Positions 44,246 through 53,036 of a DNA stretch of 64,000 nt are shown piece by piece (positions within the stretch are counted from its first letter, which is position 1; every line of letters starts with the position of its first letter). Source of the DNA: Bacilli bacterium (GTDB lineage Bacteria; Bacillota_I; Bacilli_A; RFN20; UBA1709); contig JBMNFL010000001.1 of assembly GCA_050949315.1 (NCBI GenBank), forward strand, positions 736,001-800,000, in the 5' to 3' direction. The notes under the pieces are model-generated. The model saw only the letters and a list, made by a program, of their open reading frames with translations. It did no database searches and was not told the DNA's origin. The position numbers and the translations under genes are program-made.

Positions 44246-44318
44246 ACTTCATAGACCACATTATACCCCAACAAAATTCATTTGATAAGGGGTAATTTGC
44301 AAAAAGTTTAAAAAAGTT

Positions 44319-44348
44319 AAAAAAAGATAGCGCTTCCTTCGCGCTATC
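44319..44348 (-). terminator. Intrinsic terminator after argS
   Basis: GATAGCGC-N7-GCGCTATC-TTTTTTT. Confidence 0.85.
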
Positions 44349-44354
44349 GCAAGA

Positions 44355-45995
44355 TTACATTTTTTCTGGAGCACTAACCCCAATCAAATTTAGGGCGTTT
44401 TTCATAGTGATTTTACAAGCCAGTAGCAATCCGCACCGTTCATTAGAAAGTTTTGGGTTTTTAGAATCGATAACTTTGCAAAGACCATAAAAGGCGTGGA
44501 AGGCTTGAGCTAAGCGTTGAATATAGTTACAAATTTTATTGGGGCCTCTAGTTTTAGCAGCCGAAGCCACCTCATTAGGAAAATCATTAATTAATTTTAA
44601 TAATTCAACTTCTTTTTCATGAGTTAATAAAGAATACACTTCTTGTTTTTTAAAAGAAGGGGCCATTTTCAAGATTGAACAGATGCGCGCGTGAGCATAT
44701 TGGGCATAGTAAACCGGATTGTCAGCGGATTGTTTAACAGCCAAATCCAAGTCAAAGTCCAAATGACTACTAACATCACGTGAGCAGAAGAAATAACGCA
44801 AAGGATCGACACCGATATCTTCTATTAATTCACTGAGAGTAATAACATTACCTGTCCTTTTTGACATTTTAACCTCAGTACCGTCTTTTAAAAGTCTAAC
44901 CATTTGTACAAGATCAACTTCTAAGCAATCGCTATCATTGCCAAGGGCTTGTAAGGCGGCTTTAATTCTAGCAACATAACCATGATGGTCGGCGCCGAAT
45001 AAATCGACGAGTTTAGAATAACCACGCTCAATTTTATAGGCATGATAAGCGATATCAGGAGCAAGATAAGTATAGGAGCCATCCTGTTTTCTTAAAACGC
45101 GATCTTTGTCATCGCCATAGCGAGTTGAGGCAAACCAAAGAGCTCCGTCTTCTTCATAGAGGAAGCCGGCTTTATGTAGTCTTTCTATAACCTCTTCAAT
45201 TCGTCCATCTTCACGGATTTTTTTCTCGCTTATCCAAGAATCAAAAGTAACACCAAAACGTGATAAAACTTCTTGTATTTTTTCTAGTTCTCTTTTCGTC
45301 CCCTCGGTTTTAAAATACTCTAAACGTTCTTTTTGGTCTACTGTTAGCCATTTATCGCCATCACAATCTTTAATATCTTGGGCGATTTCAATAATGTCTG
45401 GACCATAGTAACCATCAGTGGGCATAGGATAATCAAGGTCAAAGAGTTCAAGATAACGGCTAAGCAAAGACTCACCTAAATTGTCAATTTGATTGCCACC
45501 ATCATTAATATAAAACTCCCGCAAAACCTCGTAAGAACTAGCTTTCATAAGCCGGGTAGTTGAATCGCCCCAAGCGGCCGCTTTAGAGTGACCAACATGC
45601 ACATCGCCAGTTGGGTTAACCGACACATATTCAACTAAAACTTTCTGACCGGCACCCGTTTTGTTTTCGCCATAACGATCGGCTTTTTCAATAACAACAT
45701 TAATACAAGAAGCAAGAGCACTTTCTTTAAGATAAAAATTAATAAAACCAGGTCCAGCGACTTCAATTTTATGAACGGGAAGTGAAAAAGCCAATAATTC
45801 TTCTTTGAGTTTATTGGCAACTATTTGCGGTTTAGTTTTAAGAGTTTTAGCATAGCGCAGGGCAACGTTGCTTGAATAGTCACCCAAAAGAGAATTTTTA
45901 GGGATTTCAAGCATAATGTCTTCAACCACGAGATTGAAAGAATTTTTAAAAGCCTGGACTAGGGCCTCTTTTAATACTTTTTCTAAGCGATTCAT
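44355..45995 (-). CDS. argS: Arginine--tRNA ligase
   Basis: AGPGFINF, EYVSVNPTGDVHVGH, GADHHGY, KMSKR, YAQYAHAR, APEKM; start at 45995 after AGGAG. Confidence 0.97.
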   Translation of the reverse strand: MNRLEKVLKEALVQAFKNSFNLVVEDIMLEIPKNSLLGDYSSNVALRYAKTLKTKPQIVANKLKEELLAFSLPVHKIEVAGPGFINFYLKESALASCINVVIEKADRYGENKTGAGQKVLVEYVSVNPTGDVHVGHSKAAAWGDSTTRLMKASSYEVLREFYINDGGNQIDNLGESLLSRYLELFDLDYPMPTDGYYGPDIIEIAQDIKDCDGDKWLTVDQKERLEYFKTEGTKRELEKIQEVLSRFGVTFDSWISEKKIREDGRIEEVIERLHKAGFLYEEDGALWFASTRYGDDKDRVLRKQDGSYTYLAPDIAYHAYKIERGYSKLVDLFGADHHGYVARIKAALQALGNDSDCLEVDLVQMVRLLKDGTEVKMSKRTGNVITLSELIEDIGVDPLRYFFCSRDVSSHLDFDLDLAVKQSADNPVYYAQYAHARICSILKMAPSFKKQEVYSLLTHEKEVELLKLINDFPNEVASAAKTRGPNKICNYIQRLAQAFHAFYGLCKVIDSKNPKLSNERCGLLLACKITMKNALNLIGVSAPEKM

Positions 45996-46005
45996 AACAA
46001 TACTC

Positions 46006-46941
46006 CTAAGTATCATCTATTATATCGTTTTTAACTGGCGTTTCCAAGTTTTTTACAGGTATTTTCTTTCCGTTTTTTACTTGAACTTGGATTAAGAAAA
46101 TGGCGATGGTAACTAAAACAGCCCCAACAACCAAGTTAACTGTTATAACTTCACCATAAAGAATGATAGAGATAATAGTAGCAAACAAGCCTTCTTGGGA
46201 CATAATAATTGAAGTTTCGTTAGGTGAAAGGTGTTTTTGGGCCCAATATTGTCCCGCCGAACAAAAAGCGGTAGCAAAAAGAGCACAGAATAGAATCCCC
46301 GGCCAGCCTTTAGGTCCTCCAGTAAGAGGATCTGATCTAATAATAATAGAAATCCCTGCTAAAACTCCCATGGTAAAAAGTTGGACGCAAGTTATAACTA
46401 TGGGGTTTAAATCTTTAGCTTTTTTATCAATAAAAATAATGTGAACGGCAAAAAGAAAGGCACCGACAAGCACAAGGGCATCGCCGATGTGAAAGGCAAC
46501 TTCATGGGTAAAACTTAAAACTAGGGCTGCGATAATTTCTAAAACAAAGGCTAAAACAACAGTCCAACGAAGTTTGTTTTTGAAAACAATTCGTAAAATA
46601 ATGGGCACAAAAACCAGCCCACAAGTAGTAATAAAGGCCGTATTAGGAATGGAAGTTAGTTTCTGTCCTTCTAATTGAAAAGCATAGGCTACAAAGAAGA
46701 TGACTCCCGCCCCAAAGCCGACTTTAAGGCTATATTTATCTTTCCAAAATTTGGTTTTAATACAAAAAAGTAAGCAAATCAAAAAACCGATAGAGTTGCG
46801 AAAGAATAAAATAGAATAAACTGACCAGCCATCGTCAATTGCTAGTTGTGCCGCTGAGTAACCGCCACCCCAGAGAATGGTGACAACTATCATTAGGACA
46901 AAGGCTACTTTATGGTGTCCATATTTTTTTATTGGTGACAT
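46006..46941 (-). CDS. DMT/EamA family transporter
   Basis: About ten TM helices, LWGGG, NTAFIT, GDALVL, AQKHLSP..SII...E; no obvious SD of its own. Confidence 0.9.
   Translation of the reverse strand: MSPIKKYGHHKVAFVLMIVVTILWGGGYSAAQLAIDDGWSVYSILFFRNSIGFLICLLFCIKTKFWKDKYSLKVGFGAGVIFFVAYAFQLEGQKLTSIPNTAFITTCGLVFVPIILRIVFKNKLRWTVVLAFVLEIIAALVLSFTHEVAFHIGDALVLVGAFLFAVHIIFIDKKAKDLNPIVITCVQLFTMGVLAGISIIIRSDPLTGGPKGWPGILFCALFATAFCSAGQYWAQKHLSPNETSIIMSQEGLFATIISIILYGEVITVNLVVGAVLVTIAIFLIQVQVKNGKKIPVKNLETPVKNDIIDDT
46019..46047 (-). promoter_or_regulatory. Putative argS promoter inside the 3' end of the EamA gene
   Basis: TTGGAA-17 bp-TATAAT on the minus strand. Confidence 0.55.
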
Positions 46942-47072
46942 AGTAAATAAAAGCGGTTAATGGTGTTTTGGGCATAAAAAAAGACTTGAATACCAAGTCC
47001 TAGGCGTAATAAAATAGGCAAGGTCTTATGGTATTGACTTAGAATTTTGCCCAAAACCTTTGTAAGAAACAT
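46929..47072 (-). CDS. Putative 47-aa leader peptide overlapping the EamA start
   Basis: GAAAGGAGAG SD, then ATG at 47072: MFLTKVLGKILSQYHKTLPILLRLGLGIQVFFYAQNTINRFYLLCHQ*; too short for the ORF track. Confidence 0.5.
   Translation of the reverse strand: MFLTKVLGKILSQYHKTLPILLRLGLGIQVFFYAQNTINRFYLLCHQ
46976..47000 (-). terminator. Intrinsic terminator (attenuator) in the EamA leader
   Basis: GACTTG-GTATT-CAAGTC followed by seven T. Confidence 0.75.
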
Positions 47073-47178
47073 AAAAATCTCTCCTTTCAAAAGTTCAAAG
47101 CAAGCAATAAATTTTATCTAAGCCAAAATATCGGGGTCAAATTTTCTTTTTATACCATCAATTGAGCGTAAATAGGGA

Positions 47179-47206
47179 ATTATACATTCGAAAAGCGAAA
47201 TGTCAA
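47179..47206 (-). promoter_or_regulatory. Consensus sigma-A promoter upstream of the EamA leader
   Basis: TTGACA-16 bp-TATAAT. Two more candidates: TTGACC-18 bp-TAAAAT at 47111-47140 and TGCTATAAT at 47292-47300. Confidence 0.65.
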
Positions 47207-47336
47207 AGGCGATACTGTTAAGACAAGTAAAATTAAATATTTGCCACTCCATATACATCGCCCCTTTCTAATAAAAACACACTGTAAGACCATTATAGCA
47301 TAGAAAAAAAATAAAGGGGGAATATCGGGCAAAAGT

Positions 47337-50300
47337 TTAGTTTTCTTCCTCTTTTTTCTTCATTTTCTTTTCTTTTACAATAATAATCGCGCTCAAAACA
47401 AAGCCAGCAAAAATACAGACTATAGAAACCTTCACGCCCTTTATTAAGTTTGGAGTTGTGTATTGAAGATGATAGTCGTGTTTTCCACTTTCAGCCACAA
47501 AGCCTAGAAAGCCAGAATCTAGCTTGAGTAAAGATTGTTCTTCGCCATCAATTTTTAAATTCCATCCCTTATCATAAGGAACGCTTAAAACCACGAGTCG
47601 TTTATTAGGATAATTAGTTGTAAAATCTAAGCTATTATTACGATGTCGGATATCTTGCAAAGGAAAAGCGGCGCGTTTAGTCATACGGGCTTGATATTTA
47701 GTAAAGGGCTCTTCCCACAAAGCAAGGCCAAACTTAGTAAAGGTAGAAACATTAGCGTCACCCAGTAGTTCGAGAACAATTTTATTAACACTTTTTCTTA
47801 AATAAAAGCCGCGAGCAAACTTGTGATCGTTTTCATGGTCATAATTATTAATCCCATGAGCATCTTCGCTAACCAGTTCATCGTTATTGTAAAGACTGAT
47901 TTTAACATTAGGCCCATAACAGAGTTTGACAATTAGATGATAGCCTCCTATTTCTTCTGCGTTTTTTCCTATTCTGTTTGTTTCAGGGAATTCAATTTTA
48001 ATTTGGTCGCCACTTAAACCTCTATCCTTCCAAGGCCCATATAATTTGTCTTGGCGCGCGGGATCTAAAGCGCCTTTGAGCGCATAAATAGAGGATAAAC
48101 TAACCCACTCTTCGCTTTCTCTAGCCTTAAATTTAAGTCCGCCATTTGGAAGGGGAACTCGTTTGAAATCACTGAAGAGATGGGAAACAACTTTTAAATC
48201 ATCGCCAAGACTTTCTTTAACTAAAGGAAGATCAGCGTCCTGAACTACAGCAACTTCATTTAAAAAAGCCTCACGCATAAAGTGTTCAGAAGCGTGGAAG
48301 TTTTTGTTAGCAATCGCGGTGTCAAAAGAATAACCGAGTTCACAGTGGTAGTCGTTTTTGTATAAAGCAAAGTGTTCGCTTTCTTTAAACAGGCTAAAAC
48401 CAAGAGGGACATTGAGATCATCTTTCTTTAAAAGATAATATTTAACATTTAAGAAAGAATCTAAGTTGTAACGTTTCTCATCAATACCCATCGACCAGTT
48501 GCCATAGGTATAAGAGGCTCTTGTCCAGTCCTGAATAAAGGTGGTTAACTCACTATTATTTACTGAGTGAAAAGAACCGAGACCCTTATAGTTAAGTGTT
48601 AAAGCGAGATTGTTAGCATTACGATCGGCGGTGCTGTTGAATAAGCGATAAAAAGAAGGGTCTTCTTTGTTTAAGGAAGACACCAAGGCGCGTTGCTCAT
48701 TTAAGAGATTTTGTCCGCCATACATGTTCCAATAATTCTGGACCCCTTGGACGTTTACCGAGACAGTAGCCGTTAATAAAATATCAAGAACAACGAAGAT
48801 AAGAAGCAGTTTTTCTACCCGTATTTCCCCTACTTTTTGATTTATCCAAAAAGATTCCTTACAGAAGACTTCTTTAAGAATATAATAGTTAACAAAAGTG
48901 AAAATAATGATAACAAAAATGTAAGCGATATGAAGATTATCGGCAGTAAAAGCTCCTTGTTTGGCAGCTAAGGCTATTGTTACAGATTGGATAACTAAGG
49001 TAATAAACAAAGCATAATCAAAGTAATGACGGGGTATTTCAGTAAGCCGATCAATAACTGGAATGGTTGAAACTAAAATAAAGATGACAATCACGATTAA
49101 CCAGCGTCCGTAAAGGACAGAACTAAAGCCGCCAAAAAGCAAATAGAAAAAGGGAATAAAGGGTGATACACATAAGAGAATGGTAGCGATAATGTGGCTG
49201 GGACGCTTTTCTTTAAAGGCCAAAAATAAACGAGTCCAAGTCAAGAGTAAAAGGGGCAAGGTTATATAAAGACTAGAATAAGTATTGTCATAGTAGGAAG
49301 AACTAAAAAGTAGGTTTTCCCAACAACCAACTTCAGGAAAAACAAATTCAACTAAAGGATAAAAAACATAACGAGTTGGATTAGGCTTATCAAAAACAAA
49401 AATAAATTTTAGTAAAGCGTTGAGATTGCTGCCCTTAAAAAAGGCGCTTAGGGATTTAAGTTCGCCTAAAAGATAACCATCAGCAGTTTTAACAGGATTC
49501 ACAAAGAAGAAGCGTAGGAAGGTTAAAGCACTGGTTGAATATTCTACTCGCGATAAAGTTCCAACGATGTTAAAAGCCGGGAAAATAATGAAAGCACAGG
49601 CGCCGACACCCAAAAGAGAAAAGACGAAAGCTTGAAAGAGAATATTTAAATTGAAACCCTTATTTTGACGGAAACATTGGAAATACCTAAAAATACCATA
49701 AGCCAAGGTTGAGAAGACAAAGGTAAAGAGAAAGAAATAATTAACTAGGCCACAGATGAAAAGCGCAAGGCCTAAAAAATAGCCCTTTCTTTTTTGTAAG
49801 CAGTATTCAACACCAATCAGTGTTAGAGGCAGTACGGCCAGAACATCATGAAAATGGTTGAACCAAAGATAGAAGAAGCCCCAACCACAAAAAGCGTAAG
49901 CGCAGGCGCCGATTAAAGCTGTTGTTGCTCGCGTTTTAAAAAACTTCTTAAAAAGGATGTACATTAAAAGTCCGGCCGTCGCTAGCTTAATGGTCATCAT
50001 AATAAAGATGCCCTGAGGAACCAAAATTGGTGGTAGTAAATAAATAGGAAAGGAAAAAGGACTGGTTAAATAATAAAAAGTGTTGGCGGCAAAATAGTTG
50101 TAACCTAAAAAGCCTTGATAACTCCACATTTTAAATTCACCAGTAGTAATAAGTGTCCAAAAAGCATTGCGACCTTCAACATAAAAGTGCAGTTGTTGTA
50201 AACTGTAATCGCCATTTATGGGTAAGGCTAAACCGTTTCCTAAGGCAAAAAAGCCGAGGATTAAAAAGGAAATTAACCAAATAAAAGAGAAGACGCGCAA

Positions 50301-50360
50301 ATATTCATGTCTTTTGTAAAAACCGATTATTTTTAGCAAAAAAAACTTTGTTTTTTTCAT
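47337..50360 (-). CDS. YfhO family membrane protein (GT-C-type glycosyltransferase)
   Basis: GDYSLQQLHFY, LGYNYF...YYLTSPF, many TMs, C-terminal LSVPYDKGW.L.IDG...GF.G....G.H....YTTP. Confidence 0.88.
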   Translation of the reverse strand: MKKTKFFLLKIIGFYKRHEYLRVFSFIWLISFLILGFFALGNGLALPINGDYSLQQLHFYVEGRNAFWTLITTGEFKMWSYQGFLGYNYFAANTFYYLTSPFSFPIYLLPPILVPQGIFIMMTIKLATAGLLMYILFKKFFKTRATTALIGACAYAFCGWGFFYLWFNHFHDVLAVLPLTLIGVEYCLQKRKGYFLGLALFICGLVNYFFLFTFVFSTLAYGIFRYFQCFRQNKGFNLNILFQAFVFSLLGVGACAFIIFPAFNIVGTLSRVEYSTSALTFLRFFFVNPVKTADGYLLGELKSLSAFFKGSNLNALLKFIFVFDKPNPTRYVFYPLVEFVFPEVGCWENLLFSSSYYDNTYSSLYITLPLLLLTWTRLFLAFKEKRPSHIIATILLCVSPFIPFFYLLFGGFSSVLYGRWLIVIVIFILVSTIPVIDRLTEIPRHYFDYALFITLVIQSVTIALAAKQGAFTADNLHIAYIFVIIIFTFVNYYILKEVFCKESFWINQKVGEIRVEKLLLIFVVLDILLTATVSVNVQGVQNYWNMYGGQNLLNEQRALVSSLNKEDPSFYRLFNSTADRNANNLALTLNYKGLGSFHSVNNSELTTFIQDWTRASYTYGNWSMGIDEKRYNLDSFLNVKYYLLKKDDLNVPLGFSLFKESEHFALYKNDYHCELGYSFDTAIANKNFHASEHFMREAFLNEVAVVQDADLPLVKESLGDDLKVVSHLFSDFKRVPLPNGGLKFKARESEEWVSLSSIYALKGALDPARQDKLYGPWKDRGLSGDQIKIEFPETNRIGKNAEEIGGYHLIVKLCYGPNVKISLYNNDELVSEDAHGINNYDHENDHKFARGFYLRKSVNKIVLELLGDANVSTFTKFGLALWEEPFTKYQARMTKRAAFPLQDIRHRNNSLDFTTNYPNKRLVVLSVPYDKGWNLKIDGEEQSLLKLDSGFLGFVAESGKHDYHLQYTTPNLIKGVKVSIVCIFAGFVLSAIIIVKEKKMKKKEEEN

Positions 50361-50487
50361 CTCTTTCCCCTCACCACTTAATTATACATAGACCGAAGCC
50401 CGATAACAAGAAGCGGAGTTTTTACAAAATTAACTAAATAAAAAGAAAAATAAGTGTATAATGGAAAAGGCAGAGGAGAAAAATTAT

Positions 50488-51087
50488 ATGTATAAACAAT
50501 ATCGTTCGGGTTGGATTGAGGTTATTACAGGTTGTATGTTTGCGGGGAAAACAGAAGAACTCATTAGACGGATAAAAATTCTTCAGTACGCCAAAAAACA
50601 GATTTTGGTTATCAAACCCAGCATGGATAATCGCTATAGTGAAGACGAAATCGCCTCCCATTCGGGCTATCGAGTAAAAAGTATAAGCGCTAATAAGGCA
50701 CGAGATATTTTAAAATATGTAGATAATAAAACCGAGGTTGTGGCTATTGATGAGGCCCAATTCTTTGACCGCGATTTAATTTTGGTTTGCGATTCCTTGG
50801 CGGATGCAGGGATTAGAGTGATGATTGCTGGTTTAGATTGCGATTTCCGTGGAGAACCCTTTGGGATTATGCCAGAACTGCTAGTCAAAGCGGAATTCGT
50901 AACTAAATTAAGTGCCGTTTGTCCAAAATGTGGCCAACCAGCCACAAGAACGCAACGTTTAGTTGATGGCAAGCCGGCTGATTATAACGATCCTATTGTT
51001 TTAGTAGGAGCTAGCGAATCTTATGAACCACGATGCCGTCATTGTCACGAGGTTTTAAATTCTCCGAAAATAAAAATTAAAAGATAG
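50488..51087 (+). CDS. tdk: Thymidine kinase
   Basis: GCMFAGKTEELIRR, IDEAQFF, AGLD.DFRGEPFG, YEPRCRHC; start at 50488 after GAGGAG. Confidence 0.97.
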   Translation: MYKQYRSGWIEVITGCMFAGKTEELIRRIKILQYAKKQILVIKPSMDNRYSEDEIASHSGYRVKSISANKARDILKYVDNKTEVVAIDEAQFFDRDLILVCDSLADAGIRVMIAGLDCDFRGEPFGIMPELLVKAEFVTKLSAVCPKCGQPATRTQRLVDGKPADYNDPIVLVGASESYEPRCRHCHEVLNSPKIKIKR

Positions 51088-51089
51088 AG

Positions 51090-51920
51090 ATGAAAAAAGA
51101 TACATTAAAAAATTTAGCACAATCGGCTCTCGCAGATACTTCTTTGTTATCTAGTTATAAAAGGAAGTTGGTTTTCAGAATTATACTTTTATTATTTTGC
51201 TTTGTTCTTTATTTTTTCTATCCGCCTTTAGAAAGCGACATTCTTAATTTTGACTTTCAAAATTTGTCTCTAGTTCATATCGTTTGGTTGGTTCTTCTTT
51301 TAGAAATGCTTCTAGTCTTTTTTAGACGGAGTAAAATCAGCATGGGTAGTGTCAAACAATTTAAACGCAATTATCAAAAAAGTTCTGTTGAAGTTTCAGA
51401 AGAAGAGGTAAAGGCCATTAAAAGAAGATTAAATATCGGGGCTTTGAAGGTTCTTATTGTTTGGTTGATTTTAAATGGTGCAGTCGCTTTAATTTATTTT
51501 ATTAATTGGATTGGAATTAAAGAATTATTTATTCTTTCAGCTTTATATTATGTCGGTGATTTGGTTTGTGTAATTTATTTTTGTCCCTTTCAAAGGTGGT
51601 TCATGCACAATCGCTGTTGTGTGACTTGTCGGATTTTTAACTGGGATCAACCAATGATGGTCACTCCCCTCTTGTTTATTCCTAGCTGGTATAGTTATAC
51701 TTTAGGTGCAGCAGCACTTTTCGCGCTTATAATGTGGGAGTACAATTTTTGGAAACACAGTGAGCGTTTTATCGAACTATTAAACGAAAACTTACAATGT
51801 CGAAACTGTAAGGATAAGATGTGTGTTTATCGTAAACCCTTGATAAAAACACCCAAAAAACTTAAAAACATAGAAGAGAGCATCCATAAGAGCAAATACA
51901 ACAAAGATGCCAAACAGTAA
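51090..51920 (+). CDS. Hypothetical polytopic membrane protein with Cys clusters
   Basis: Several TMs; FCPF, NRCCVTCRIFNWD and LQCRNCKDKMC motifs. Confidence 0.8.
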   Translation: MKKDTLKNLAQSALADTSLLSSYKRKLVFRIILLLFCFVLYFFYPPLESDILNFDFQNLSLVHIVWLVLLLEMLLVFFRRSKISMGSVKQFKRNYQKSSVEVSEEEVKAIKRRLNIGALKVLIVWLILNGAVALIYFINWIGIKELFILSALYYVGDLVCVIYFCPFQRWFMHNRCCVTCRIFNWDQPMMVTPLLFIPSWYSYTLGAAALFALIMWEYNFWKHSERFIELLNENLQCRNCKDKMCVYRKPLIKTPKKLKNIEESIHKSKYNKDAKQ

Positions 51921-51932
51921 TGAGGGAAAAGC

Positions 51933-53036
51933 ATGAAAGTTTTAATTGCCACCGATTCTTTTAAAGGGTCAATGACGGCCTTTGAGGCCTGTCATGCTAT
52001 TCATGAGGGAATTAAAAACAAAGCCATTGAAACAAGGCTTTGTCCTTTGAGCGATGGCGGCGATGGGGTCATAGATGTTTTAGTTTTTAGTAATAATGTT
52101 GAAGAAATAGTGGTCGACACTATTGGTCCCTTAGGTCAGCCGATTAAAGCTGGTTATGTTATTGATTGGCCCAGTGCTACCGCGATTGTTGAGGTGGCCG
52201 AAGCGGCGGGCATCGTTTTATTAAAATACGAAGAATTAAATCCAATGATAACCACGACCTATGGTGTAGGAGCCTTGATTTTGGACGCTATTGATAAAGG
52301 ATGTCGCAAGATTATTATTTGTGTAGGAGGAACAGGAACTAATGATGGAGGCATGGGCTTACTTTCGGCCTTAGGGGTTAAATTTTTAGATAAGCGCAAA
52401 AAAGAATTGCCCGGTTGTGGGGCTTCTTTAACAAAGCTGAGAACGATTGATGTTGAATCTTTAAATCCTAAATTGGTTGGGGTTGAATTCGTTATTGCTA
52501 GCGACGTACAAACACCAGTTTGTGGGCCAAGAGGGGCGGCGATTGTCTACTCTCCACAAAAAGGAGCAACACCTTCAATGGTAAAGACTTTAGACAAGGG
52601 GCTAGCTAATTATGCGAATATTTTAAGTAAAATGTATAATATTGAAGCCAAAGAATTAGTTGGCGGCGGTTGTGGGGGCGGATTAGGGCTTGGGTTACAA
52701 GTTATTTTAAAGGCCGAACATAAACAGGGCTTTGACGTGGTGGACTCTTACGTTGGTCTAGAAGAAAAGATTAAATGGGCCGATTTAGTCATCACCGGTG
52801 AAGGAAAAATAGATGAGCAAACCTTAGATGGGAAAGTACCTTATCGGGTGGCCAAACTCGCCAAGAAGTATAACAAACGGGTTATCGGTCTTTGCGGGAA
52901 AAACGAACTCAACAAAAAAATTGAAGAGTTCGATGAAATTTATTCTATTTCGGAGATAAGCAAAGAAGTCGGTCAAGCAGCCTTGCAACACGGCTATCGA
53001 CATCTTAAAAGACTAGCCAGTCGCCTCAGTTTCTAA
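51933..53036 (+). CDS. Glycerate kinase (GlxK/GarK family)
   Basis: IATDSFKGS, DGGDG, GGTGTNDGG, PQKGA, TGEG.IDEQT..GK. Confidence 0.93.
   Translation: MKVLIATDSFKGSMTAFEACHAIHEGIKNKAIETRLCPLSDGGDGVIDVLVFSNNVEEIVVDTIGPLGQPIKAGYVIDWPSATAIVEVAEAAGIVLLKYEELNPMITTTYGVGALILDAIDKGCRKIIICVGGTGTNDGGMGLLSALGVKFLDKRKKELPGCGASLTKLRTIDVESLNPKLVGVEFVIASDVQTPVCGPRGAAIVYSPQKGATPSMVKTLDKGLANYANILSKMYNIEAKELVGGGCGGGLGLGLQVILKAEHKQGFDVVDSYVGLEEKIKWADLVITGEGKIDEQTLDGKVPYRVAKLAKKYNKRVIGLCGKNELNKKIEEFDEIYSISEISKEVGQAALQHGYRHLKRLASRLSF

Noticed and set aside
46935-46975. Fluoride-riboswitch-like fragment CACCAUUAACCGCUUUU before EamA
   Set aside because: The required 5' GGNGAUGG segment and pseudoknot partner are absent.
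46958-46982. Frameshift or slippage at T7 fusing the leader ORF to EamA
   Set aside because: The EamA frame has a TAA (46958-46960) between the T run and the ATG, so no fusion is possible.
46942-47336. T-box for argS, or 6S RNA, in this intergenic region
   Set aside because: No GGTGGNACC T-box motif and no end-to-end 6S-like rod; argS has its own candidate promoter.
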